The notes under the pieces are model-generated. The model made no database searches, was not told the DNA's origin, and was given only the letters and a program-made list of their open reading frames with translations. The translations under genes were made by a program, and so were the position numbers. 64,000 nt of DNA from Epiperipatus broadwayi (lineage: Eukaryota; Animalia; Onychophora), in contig JAQFVV010000010.1 of NCBI GenBank assembly GCA_028023455.1, positions 3,534,001-3,598,000 of the forward strand, given 5' to 3'. Below, piece by piece: positions 26,511 through 39,081 of this stretch; the first letter of the stretch is position 1; each line of letters starts with the position of its first letter.

Positions 26511-26819
26511 CCCTAAAATAAGACCTAACCTGAAAATAAGCCCTAGCATGATTTTTTTCAGGATGTTCATAATATAAGTCTTACCCCCAAAATAAGCCTT
26601 AATTAAGATTGTCAGCCAGATGTACAGATTTCATTCATCCATTGAAACACACAAACATATATATGAATTATAAATAAATATAAATTTAGATTTTTGTATT
26701 GAATAAATGTAGATTTTTGTAAATGAAAAAATTAGATATTCCCTGAAAATAAGTTGTAATGTCTCTTTTGGAGCAAAAATTAATAGAAGACCTGGTTTTA
26801 TTTTCAAGGAAACATGGTA
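26511..26819. mobile_element. Tc2/pogo-type (TcMar) MITE, left end truncated
   Basis: Repeated ccctgaaaataag(a/c)cct units; right end ttttcaaggaaacatgg+TA. Confidence 0.6.
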
Positions 26820-27019
26820 TAAATTTATTATGGGATCTTCTCTTCAAATAAATGGAATCAGAAGATCTTTATATTTATTGATGAAGAAATGAATCTGTAG
26901 ATTTTCTTATAGTTACTACTATTTATATTCTTAAAAAAATATTATACTTCTTTCTAAGAATATTTAAAATCTATTTAGTGCACATAATGAAAAGGATATT
27001 TGAAACAGTTTTCTCTTTT

Positions 27020-27250
27020 GTTTTGTCCATTTTTGTGAGTGTGATGTTGATGACAGTGTTTATCCAAAATGTAAAAAATATTTTTGGCAAACTCTTTGAA
27101 TGAGGTTCATACTACTATTTGTTTTCATTCATAATTCCTCCATTTGTGACATGAAATTTAGGTTCATTTTTGTGGTGAATGTCTCAGGTTGACATATAGA
27201 ACAGTGGAGATTTCTCAGCAGGATACCATTTTCATAAAGATAATTCTCTT
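27020..27250 (-). mobile_element. Possible Merlin/ISXO2-like transposase remnant
   Basis: Minus strand LYENGILLRNLHCSICQ followed by LPKIFFTFW; weak similarity only. Confidence 0.25.
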
Positions 27251-29869
27251 TTGTTTCCTTTTTTTAATAGAAGAGAAAACTAAGAATTTTAAGTTTTTTT
27301 CTTAGTAAAAGGAAAATAATAATTTTTTTTCTTTCCCAACAATAGCTTGTGAATGCCCTTCCAATGTTATATCAAATCCATGATTTTCTATGTATGGATA
27401 AATTGTTACAATTATTATTATTTTGTTTTTATTATGCCTTTAGAGATTTTTTTATATATGATGTGCCCACACTTATATTTATTCCATGTTTGTTCATTTT
27501 AAATAGATTGATAATCCTCTTTACTCCTACATATGCCCTACAATTGATGTTTTTTTTTTCAACTTCATGAATACAAATTAAACTAAATCCTAATCTTAAT
27601 TTATTTCATTATATTTATATTAAAGAATCATTACGACATAATTATATTTTCAATCTTGCATGTAAATTATCACATTTTATTTCTCTTTTTGAGATTAATT
27701 ATTTAATTTGAATCATTTATATCATAACTTAATAGTGATTACAATTTGATGAAAATAGTTTTGACATTCTATCTAATCTGTATTTAATTGTTGCTATTTT
27801 TTTGGCATGGAGATAATGACTAATAATAATCATATTTTGAAACAGTTTCCTGCTACAATTTTTAACACAAGAATGTTATTATCAATTTTTTTTACTTTTT
27901 GTTAGTGCATCTTTTATCTCAACTCTGCCACAGCACAAACCACCCACCAGCTCAGTAACAAGTTATTAGTTTGTTGTTTTTTTCTGTAATCATATTGTGA
28001 AAGTTTGAGATATAAGACAAGTACTTAAGATTACCAAGAATATGTTTAGAAATTTTCTCATTTTTACAATATATATATAATGATAAAAAAACAAACAGAT
28101 ATAACCAGTAAGAATTATGTATACTACTTAAAAGTTTGCTTTTAGTAGAAAATTGGTCGCAATATCTATTTTTCTATTCTAAAAGATGAAAAAATTATAT
28201 GATGCTGATTACTTTATGTTTTATTATATTTTCAATCAAATCAAGATCCCCTTTCTGGATATTTAAATAAAAATCTCATCAAACAATCAAAGGATTGTTA
28301 GTGTAAAAAATGAACTTCTTATAATGTTCTTAATAGTTTTTTCCAGATCTAACATTAATATCAGCTGGATTTGATCTTTCTTAATGTTACTTGATTCTCA
28401 CCAAGATTCAGGATAACCCATGACATTGAATTCATCTGTTTTATAAATGGAATTCAACAGCACTAACCTATATATTGTACCATATATATATGTTACAAGT
28501 GTGTTGGCATTTGGTAATATTTTAAAGCTAAAAAAATAAAAATTTGAAATAATTCAATAAACACTATTTAGTTTTTTTTATTAGTATAATTTATTTTTAC
28601 ATATGTACAGTGAAAGTTATTTGTGTATTGGGGTTATCTATTTAATTGAAATAAAATTAAAAAATTGGAAGGAATAGAAATACATGCAGATTGGTAATCC
28701 AGATAAACAAAAGAAAGTAATTCCAAATGCAAGTGATTACCATCAGAGTAATATCCTTCTAACAATAACTAAATATGGCACTGAAGGAATCTATAAAAAA
28801 GAACTTTGGAACTAGAAAGCAAAAAGGAATGTACAAGATTATCAACTTGTATTCTGATAAGAAAACAAAGATGAAAATATATGCACAGAAATCTCAAAAC
28901 TAGTCATGATATAAAAGGGGCAACTTTGGAGCTGTGTCTTTGGCTGGTGATTTTCTTAGGTCCTGAATCGAGTGAGAGGACAGGCGGGACAATTACAGTT
29001 TTCTTGTCCTCACAACCACAATAAAATGCCTCCATTCAGGACTGCTCATGTGCTGCACCAATTTGTCAAGCATGAGTAAAAACCTAGAACATTTGCTGAC
29101 ACTTTCTCACATGAAAATGTCACCAGAATGGAACTAAAGTTAACTATAGAGCCCTTTGTAAAAAAGACTATGCATGGTACAATAATCAATGATCTACATA
29201 AACCTGAGGAACTTACCATTAAGATATTAATCATACAATAACTTGTATCTGATTAAATATGTGCACAAACTAAACACTAACTATGAGCTTATTGTATCAC
29301 TAAAGAGACATTCATTTTTCCAATTCTTCAATACACCTCATTGATTGCTTCCAAGAGGAAACTTAAGAAGAAAATAGTAATACAAACTGTTTTAATTATT
29401 TGATTAACATTATTGTCTGGATGTGTGTGTTCCTTTCATTTTATTAACATTATCATCTAATACGTTCAATATTTTAATTAGTTTGTTTTATTCTGTAATT
29501 CAATACTAGTGCTATAAATGCATAAATACAAAGCTAATATTTAATATCTTATTAAACCATAGGCTGAGCACTTTCAAGAGTCATGGCTCTCATAATCATA
29601 GCTCTTTATGAAGTAACAGATTTCTAATGTTATGCAAATCTATGCAAAGTTTAAATATTCCATTTCCTGGATATAGAATAACACGCTTCCTTTCTGTTAA
29701 TGGCATTGCTATCTATTGTGATAAAGCAGGCCTCTTTTTATCTTTTTTTCTCAAATCATTTCTCTCTCTGCAGACTAAGCTGATTATTTGTGTTTCACAT
29801 GGATGTACTGCAAGCTTTTGGTGCTGTGTGAAAATGGAATTGTGTGCTGGATTGGATTGTGCATTAATA

Positions 29870-31990
29870 TATTGTAACGATATATAAATATGTCGTTACA
29901 TTAATTTAAAATAAAAACTTAAAAGTTCGCAAATAAAAGTAAAAAACTAAACGCTAAAATTAAAATGTTTGTTAAACGTATATACATTCGCACAGATGCC
30001 AAACTTTAAAAATATTTTTTTAAAAAAAAAAACAAATAAGTATTTGAACGTACTTTTTTTATAAAAAAAAAAAGAAGTACAAGATTTAAAAATAAAAACA
30101 GGTATTAATTAATGTAATCTGTAAATGGAAATGATTGTTTATGAATTATCGAAAACCAAGCTAGCCTTGGGCTCTTGTATGATTAAAATGATCTGATGAA
30201 AGATAGATAAGAAAATAAAGAGAAATTAGCTTGACCAATGGAAGCACTAAGCCTTGGCTCGGACCCTAACGAAAGTGATGGATTAGGGACGTTTTGTTAA
30301 TTGAATCCGTGTGGATAATATAAAAAGGGAAATACAGTTTTTTCTACAGTTCCAGCGTTGTGTGTTTGAGAGGTGGTAGGACGCACATACCACACTCTCT
30401 ATTTAAAAAGGAAAAATGAAAAGACTGTGATACCTTGAACCAGCTATTGCCATCTCCAGAACATTATCTTCCAATGGAGGCATCGCGGGAATTAAAAGCA
30501 GAAACCTGGACTCTTCTACCGTGAGCTATGAACTTTACAAATTAACAACAACCAAAAAAGTAATTAAGAACTTTCGTCATTGATTTTTTTTTTTTAAAGA
30601 TTCAGCTAATTTAAATTTTAAAATGAACTCTTATTTGATTTTCAAATTAATAATTGATTGTTTAAATTTATATAGTTAAGTTTTGCTAAAATCATTTCCA
30701 TTTTATTATTTTTATTTGTAGTAATATTTATTGTAGAAATTATTAAATGCATTACATTTAAGTTGGGTATAGACGTTGCATAGATTCGTTAGCGGTTGAT
30801 TATGTTGTGGTTTTCACAGTCGATTGGAATATATAGGTCAACGATGTTAATGCGGGCATCTTACGATGAATGCCATGGGGCCTTGTGTATTCCCTGTTGC
30901 AATTGACGTTATCGATTGACTTTGTATTTTGATCGGTTGTGTTTAATTTGGAATGTTTTGACCGTGGAATCTGTGCAGCCGATCTATACCCAACATTTTT
31001 AAACAAATCTGTGCGAACGTATTTAAATGTTAAATTTAAGTCGGGCGTCAATGGCTATATAGTTTTGTAAAGTTATATTAAGGGAGGGTAATCTTAGGTT
31101 ATTCGTTTCGTGGTTGAATTGGCTCAATGGATTGGATATATTTGTGTAATTAGTAGATGTAGTATGAGATCCGCTTCAGGCAGGATTGCATATATACGCC
31201 ACACACCTTCTGTTTGCCTATGGATGGGTTTGTAAGTTGGCAGAAGACCGCAGTCCATTCCTATGGAGTTTTTTGTTTATTGTTCTACTCGCCAACAGAT
31301 GTCACATTCCTGTTGGTGGAGAGACCATGTTTTCTCTAATCTACTTACTGATCAGATGTACTTACCTGACAGTATAGTATTTTGTGTTGTCGTATCATGC
31401 TACATTGAATACATGAATGTATCAGATGGATTGGCGCCAGTTTGGTTGCGAAATTTGTTGCCTAAGGTTAAATCAGGGAAGACTATTTTCTTTTCAAATG
31501 CAGATCTATGTAGTCTATTCATACTTGACTATCTAAATAAAATATTAAACTCATTGAAACTTAGTTAAATGTAAAATTAAAAGTTAATATAAAAATCTAA
31601 AATGTTAAACTTATTCCTCAAATTAGAATGATTTTATATGTGCGTAAATAAATATTTTTATGTGTTAATTTCTGGCAGTGGCTTTTATTCTTTTATATTT
31701 AAGATATAAAATTTATATTTTATTTATCTCTGCGTTCCACTGAGCTAGTGACTTGGGCTAACGATCGGAATATTTAAATAAAGTGGAATCTTAACAGCGC
31801 GTATCTGCCTACTCTATAAATTTTTCTAGGTTTAAATGCCTAGATGGCGCCTTGTAGAGCAGATATCGTAGTTTGCAGTTAGATTCGATTTTCACTTTCA
31901 TTTCGATCGTTATAATATGAATATTTATGTTGAGATAATCTAGTTTCCAGTGATGTTTTGATTTCCCTATAGTATTGAATTACGGAATAT
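29870..31990. promoter_or_regulatory. CpG-rich island, probable unmethylated promoter region
   Basis: About 55 CpG counted by eye in 2.1 kb versus about 4 in bases 1-2100; contains CCAAT (30235), TATAAAAA (30319), CTAGATGGCGC (~31841; CTCF/YY1-like) and strong splice donors on both strands. Confidence 0.6.
31366..31460 (-). other. Possible first exon of an unidentified minus-strand transcript (5' boundary unknown)
   Basis: Consensus donor CAG|GTAAGT at 31366/31365 inside the CpG island; could encode MIRQHKILYCQ. Confidence 0.3.
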
Positions 31991-33860
31991 TAACAAACAT
32001 GCAAAGTTTAAAATTAAGTTTGCATTAGTTTGTTTTAATAAAAATATAATTAATATAACCCTTTCATTGTATGTTTTTAATTTTAGTTTGTTAAATTTTA
32101 TTAAGGAAATGTTTTGAGAAATATATAAATTATCTATGCCAACATGTTCATTTAATAGATGAGCACTGGGGAAAATTAATATAAAAGATTAAATGACAAG
32201 AAAGTGAAATCCCAATAATATAGTTATTTGCCTTGAATCAATGGGATGCAAATTCAAATAAAATATTAGATCAGTTAATCAGGAAATGCAACTGTGTTTT
32301 AAAAATATCCGAATTCACATATGAATGGAATAAATCTTACATAGTTTGATTAACTAATACATTATTATATGTAATGTACACACTTAATCTACCAGCAAAC
32401 ATTACAATATATATATGGTCAAACAAAACTATACCCCTCACATTTAATGATTGTCAGATATATGGATACAATGTCAGTTTAAGATTTTAATAAAACCACT
32501 GCTATATCTACTATCTGATCAAAATCTTTACAAGTTCTTTTATGAATTCTATATGTCAAATATATAAAATATTTAAAGCATCTCATTGTGTAATAGCTAG
32601 TTTGTCCAATTTCCACAACAATTTGAAGTTCAACACTAGGCTATTAGAATCATGACTTTTTTCATGTCACAAACAGATAAGATTTTTCTGTCAAGTAGAA
32701 AACCAATTCAAATAATTATTCAATGTAAATTGGTACATGATTATCTATCTATTCTTAGTTAAGTGATAAAATAATGATGAAAACAACTCAGTCCCTCCTC
32801 ATCCAACAATTGGAAGCCAGAACAATAATGCATTTGGTGAGAGATTACTGGAGAATTATTTTCTCTGTCATGGATTTTTTTTGTCTTTGCAGTTGTAAAT
32901 AAATGAATATGAAATATGTCTTTATTAAAATAAGAATATCCTATTTATATGACTAAATATTTCCTTTTGCGCAATAGATTAATTCATTGAAAAATTAATG
33001 TTTGATAATGTAATTTCTTTATTAAACCTCTAATTTAAGAACAGAATTACAACATTAATTGAAGAGCATACAAGAATTCAAAAATATTTGCTATATCATA
33101 GAATATTGTAAAACTTTCCATATCAAATCTAATCATTATCGTTAAAATGATGGAATGCAAATGAGAAAATAATTTTTTTTTATTTCATTTCTATATAATT
33201 AAATATTTTATATCACATGTATTTTTTTTTTTTAGAAATAATTAATAAAAGAGCTTCTTTATATAGACATCACAAACTATGATAATTAAATGTTCTGAAT
33301 CAAGTCTTTAGGCGAATGCATTTTAGAATATTCACATTTAAATGAATAATTTCGTATTTCCAGTTTTTTAAAATAATGTTTGCCCTTGAAATAATGCTTA
33401 GCAAGAAAAAATGTATTAAGGTTGTATTTAATTGTTTTCTTCCAAGTATGAAGTTGCATTCATAAAACATTATAATAACTGAACAAATACGTGAAGAAAA
33501 AAAGATACAATGAGCAGAATAAATTTTCATGAAAATTAGTAGAATAAATACTGACTATAAAAATTGTAATATACAACTTATTTTTTGTAAGCGAGTAAAT
33601 TAAGTTGAAGTGATTTAATAGCTTAATTTAATTCATTTCAAATAGAAAATCATTAATTTGAAAAGTTATTATTCAAAAATTTCATCCAAACAAAATTTCA
33701 AAGATAACTTAATTGTTTACTGTAAATAAATGTGTAGACACATTTATAAAAAGAATTAAAAGAAAAAATACTTGATAAATATTTATAAATTAATAAGACT
33801 AATTTCAATAAACTATCTGTTTTTCTATCTTGATCCAATAACTGTAATATCTTATTTACG

Positions 33861-34102
33861 ATTAGACTTGCTGCCTGTATTTGTGATGGCAGAATGCCAA
33901 CCTTTCTCCAATGAGGACAGGGGTGTTTCCTCTTTTGAATGCTGTAGTTATGATTTTTTAATAAGGCATATTAAAAAAGGCAACTTTTAAAAACATTAAA
34001 AAGACACAACTATGGTATTCTGCTGTTGCCAACAGCCCCCCCCCCCCCAATGAAGAAAGGTATAGCATTCTGCCATTGCAAATAAGGAGAAACAGGTCTA
34101 AT
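33861..34102. mobile_element. MITE with ~90-bp imperfect TIRs (attagac..gtctaat)
   Basis: Self-complementary ends; homologous copy at 43612-43804. Confidence 0.75.
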
Positions 34103-34619
34103 ATGTTGAAACGGTATATTTCTTGCATACTATACGTTTCACCTATTTACACCATAACTCCGTCTGTGCTAGCTTTGAACCCTCTGAGTACCTGCATATA
34201 GGCATAAACATAGTTATGTATGTATCAGCACACATATATATGCGAGTAAAAGACTGTAATATCGGTTTATACATATATTACAGTGTGTTTTTATTTGAAA
34301 TTTAGATCTCTTAGATTCTAGATTTAGTTTATTAAATAAGTCAGTTTATTAGTTTTACATTAAGAATCGCATATATGTGCATAAAATTCTCATATAGCCA
34401 TGATACATGTATAGCAGAATGTTATTGAAAAGATTTGCTAAATTCTAAATTTAAATTAAAATGTAGTAAATAAAAATCATGCCACCATGCACCTGTTTAA
34501 TATAGTGTAGGCTAAGTATCTAAATCTATATTTTTAACAACAATATTTTCAAAATTTTAACTTTAAATGTATGTAAATAAGTCAATTATTTTATATAGCA
34601 TGGTGTTTTTTATAAACTG

Positions 34620-35039
34620 TAATATTTAAACGGCATTAAACTGTTGCACATGGGCTTTGGATTTTAACTATAAAATGAATGAATACTAACACTTCAAACA
34701 CATGATAAAGTCTTTGGAAAAGATAGAATGGCCATCTATCCTTTCGAACCCAAATGCTTTTGTATGGGCGAATCTTAAGTGTTTGAAAGTGAAAGCATGA
34801 AGATATTAAATAATCACTTTTACTTTTGTAAGTAATTTAAAATGATTATTTAATATCTTCATGCTTTCACTTTCAAACACTTAAGATTCGCCCATACAAA
34901 AGCATTTGGGTTCGAAAGGATAGATGGCCATTCTATCTTTTCCAAAGACTTTATCATGTGTTTGAAGTGTTAGTATTCATTCATTTTATAGTTAAAATCC
35001 AAAGCGCATGTGCAACAGTTTAATGCTGTTTAAATATTA
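34620..35039. repeat. Near-perfect long inverted repeat (197-bp arms, 26-bp spacer)
   Basis: Arms are reverse complements with 2 mismatches by eye; both termini are TA. Confidence 0.97.
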
Positions 35040-38000
35040 AAATTTTAACTTTGTAAATAACAAAATGCACTGAACCAGCAGTAATGCAGAATCCTTATGG
35101 AATCGAGGTGGCTAAGTCAAATTAAAAATACTTGAGTTAAAAATTTAAACAATAGTTAAGTCAATTTTGCAAATTGAAATTAAGATAGTAAACAAGTACT
35201 AATGGATTTACCCACTGTGAATCCATCTTGTGACAAAAATAATATAGGATTTTAAAATTAGTATAAATATCCTATATTTTTGCCACTCAAGAACTTACTC
35301 TGTAAATTATGTTCGTGTTGTCATCAGAATCTATGCCCAATTGAAATTTAAGGTGATTGAGTAGGAAGTCCATAGATTTGCCATTTTTCCTGTGGGAAGG
35401 CAGTCATCTCAAACCCCATCCTATATGCCATATCAGTGTATGAGCATCATCACTGGAATGGAAAGTTTTCAGCCACAGCCTGCTGTTGAAAGAAGATGCC
35501 ATCTCCATGCAACTTGTCCAATGAAGAGAGTCACTATGCCTACCTTCTAGTGCATGAAGTCCCAGTTGCAGATAGAAGATTAGTGATATCACTTCAAAAT
35601 TGCAGAGCTCTCTAAATTAAATTTTTAAATCTGTAACTTTTACTATTAAGCTAGCTTATTCAATATACTGAACATTCACTCTTATTTCTTTAAACTCAGG
35701 TAAATTAAATTATTTACAAAATTAAGTCTATGTAAAGCTTGCCTGAATAATGTATTTTCATTTTTTCAATCTAAATAACTGTTTTGCTTCCCAGCTGATG
35801 TTGAAAAGTTCAATCTAAATAACTGTACCCAGTTATTATTTAAATTCTTTAAAACTGTGGTCATGCCTATCATTATTGTCTTAATTATTTTATTTCCTTT
35901 TGTTTTAATATATATGTTATAGTATACCAATATTTCAAGGAAGTGAATATTTTATTTTAGTAAACTTTTCAGGAGAGATCATTATTAAACTCTCCATTGA
36001 AATATTTAAGAATGCTACTTAGCATAGTTAATTGTTGTTTCAAAATCCTATTCTGATAGATAACGACTGATTTCTACAGGCTTCTTGTTATCATTATGTT
36101 ATTTACATTATAGTTTATTAAGGTTTGCATAATAAGTTATTAAACTTATGATTTATCTGTTAGTTAGAAGTAAGTTGCTAACTAAGGATGATATTAAAAG
36201 TATATTGTTGGTATTGTTGAGGTCATTAAATATACTTTCTCCTTCTTAACTTAATTGTGATTATATATATATATACAGATTCAGGGTATTAACTAGATTC
36301 ATAATTTAGTTAGTCCTTTTTACTTAGCATGATTATCATGCTAGTCTAGGAACTGGATTAAGTTAGTTTAGCAGATGGAAACTATCTGTTTAGATGCAGT
36401 TAATTAATTATTATATATATATTTGCATTTACCTATGAGTTGCGAGTCTGTCTTTACTAAATGCACTTGTACACAATTTCTTGCTATGAGGGTCCAGATC
36501 ATGTTTAAAGCCTATCCAATTTTCCTGAACTAAATATGTTTTTATTATACTAGCAAGCTGGTCAGTCTTAGGACACCGAGCATTCACTGCTGAAGCCTGT
36601 GAACAATTACTCACTTGCACTGTGATCTTATTCCTTAGTTTATTTAGCATCATAATCTATAGATGCGACCCTAAAAGTAACCAGTTTTTTACCTTCTTAT
36701 AATTAACACTTCAACATTAGTCTGAGACTGTAATCTTGGTTACCAGGTTGAATCTGTATACTGATGTTATTTATTTGCTCATCTGCTAATGTAATTATAA
36801 TAGCCAACTTAATTCTGTATATAATAATCATCTTGGCTAGAGTTTTAACTTATAACATTAACAAACCAAGCAAAGAAAAGTTTGGCATATTAGGTATGAT
36901 AGGCAAAATTTATTGACTGTGCAACATATATATAAATTCAATTAAGTGTTAAAGATGAATCTCATCTATGTAATGCCTGCATGTGTTAATTATATATAGT
37001 AACACTGGATAGTTAATATTATTTTGTTTGTTGAATTAGTTGTTTTAATAAACCTATTTTCAATTATAAATTATTTCATGCCTCTTTACTCACAATCCAA
37101 TTCCTTATTACCCAAATTCTTTAATATTTTTATATGTATGATTTGCAACATGTTAGTTAATTAAGTTAACATGTAAATAGTCTATTTAATCCTTAGTTAA
37201 TCTGCTAATTCCCCTGAGTCTCATGTTTCTCCCTGTTCGGAGCCAGCTCGCTGCAGAAATTGAGACCGAGTGTAATCTCAGAAATGTCATTCATAAGGTG
37301 TTAAATCATAGAGTACTGGTAAATGAGTTGAAGTTTGGTCAGATTCAAGATCTCATCTCGATCAGCTTTGGTGTATTTTGCCTGGATTCTGGATTTTGTT
37401 ATGTGAATGTACAAATCTGACTATTACAATGTAAGTACCCTCTATGTAATTATTTTTTTAAAAATATATCTAACTTTAATTCTTTAGTTGATCACTTATT
37501 TAAATGTCCCTCCTAGCATTAATTTTATTAAGCTTCAAATTTTTTATTCCAATAAATTTTTAAATTATTTATTAGATATATATGTTGGTAAACAATAATT
37601 ATTTTTAAAAAAAATTGTTTTAGCTTTGCAAATTGAGAAATATTGTAAATTCAATTAAGCAATCATATAGATAAGAAGTTTAACTTGATAGTAATTGCTC
37701 AAGCATTTATAATGCTGAAAAGTATTTTAAAATTTTTTTAAAAAAAAGGCTTATTTTAATTCACTTTCTGAAAAGTAATGAATTATTAAATAGACTCAAA
37801 TCGAACACAATTTTATTTAAAATGTAAAATATTATTTATAGTTTTAAAAAAGTGACAAAAGTAATTTTACAGCAGTGTATATAAAATATTTTCCTCAACC
37901 AATTAATAGTAATGACCTTAACATGACATATCTTCTAAAAGTAAATAGAATCTGAACCTAATTAGTAATTCTTCTAAAATAAATATTATAAAAATATTTT

Positions 38001-38223
38001 GTGCATAAAACCACTTTATAGAAAAATTATTGAAAATATATGTTTTTATTTTTGAAATCTAAACAACAGAAGGATCCTTTTAAAATAAATTGCAAGCACT
38101 GCCATGTGAAGAGAATGAGAAATTATCAATTGCTGACAATAAAGAAAAGTTTCAAATTGATTGTAATTATTTTAATTAAAATTCCTTCCATCTCTGGATT
38201 GCTTTTTTTTTTCATGTGTCAAA

Positions 38224-38296
38224 TGTGTTGACCGGGAAGCGAATCCAGGACAGCGGGCTTAGAAAGCAGCTATGCTAACCACTACGCCACCAACGC
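38224..38296 (-). pseudogene. tRNA-Gly(TCC)-derived pseudogene or SINE head
   Basis: GCGTTGGTGGCGTAGTGGTTAGCATAGCTGCTTTCTAAGCCCGCTGTCCTGGATTCGCTTCCCGGTCAACACA closely follows metazoan tRNA-Gly-TCC; anticodon stem broken, anticodon now TCT, A10 tract shortly downstream. Confidence 0.8.
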
Positions 38297-38632
38297 TTTT
38301 GGAACTAAATTTTTAATATTGTATTGTTTCTTGATTTTGCCATTAGAGTGAGTTTAAAATGAATGTAATTGCTTTAAAGATAGCTGCAGGAGAGCAATTT
38401 AAGGCTTCAAGATATACACATTTCAGCATGACAAATTTCCCTTGAGAATGTTGTTTGAAGGATTAAGTCAAGATCAAGGGAAAAATTACTGAAGAATAAA
38501 TTTTTCCAAATCTTTTATATTTTAAAAAAAGATATCATTAGTTTGCTAATTAGAAAGAAATTAAAAAACAGAGTTTTTATGGTTTATGTTTGTTTTAATT
38601 ACTGTCATAAAAATGTTTATATTGATGTAAAA

Positions 38633-39081
38633 AAAATATGTAAAAAAGTTTTTTTTAAAATAATGCTTTTATGCAAACAGTACTAGCTGACTAAAAAGTA
38701 GAAAAATAACAAAGTAAGTAGAAAAAAACTCAGTTAATTTTCCATTCTTGGAAAATATCAGATTTTAAGAATCTAGATTTCTTATAAAACAATTGGAAAT
38801 TGCAGGAATAATATTGTTTCAAAAAGATATTAGAGACTCAAATAAATCATTAAAATAAAAAAGGCCTCAAATGCTTTTATAAAATGGCTACCATAAAATG
38901 ACAGTATTCCTGCAATTTTTATTTATTTTTTAACAAGTATAGATTCTTAAGATCTCTGATATTTTCCAAGAATGTTTAAGTCAGATTACTTTGATATTTT
39001 TCTAATTTTTAGTTGATTAATATTGTTTACATAAAAGCATTATTTTAAAAAAATGTATTTTTTTTTTTTTTTACATATTTT
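38633..39081. mobile_element. AT-rich foldback MITE with long TIRs
   Basis: cattcttggaaaatatcaga..taagaatcta / tagattcttaag..tctgatattttccaagaatg and outer TIR segments shared with 8660-8912. Confidence 0.7.

Noticed and set aside
30194-30215. CTGATGA..GAAA resembling a hammerhead core
   Set aside because: No helix II or helix I complementarity. CTGATGA at ~1571, ~20989 and ~45381 also fails.
30800-31568. ORFs of 63-101 aa inside the CpG island
   Set aside because: Longer ORFs are expected where GC is higher; none matches the GPR137 N-terminus or any family I know.
36432-36678. Minus-strand segment with good acceptor and donor around the 74-aa ORF
   Set aside because: Stops occur in all frames just after the acceptor; no homology recognised.
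37223-37430. GC-richer segment ending in GTAAGT, tested as a GPR137 exon
   Set aside because: No frame resembles GPR137 and none stays open from a plausible acceptor to the donor.
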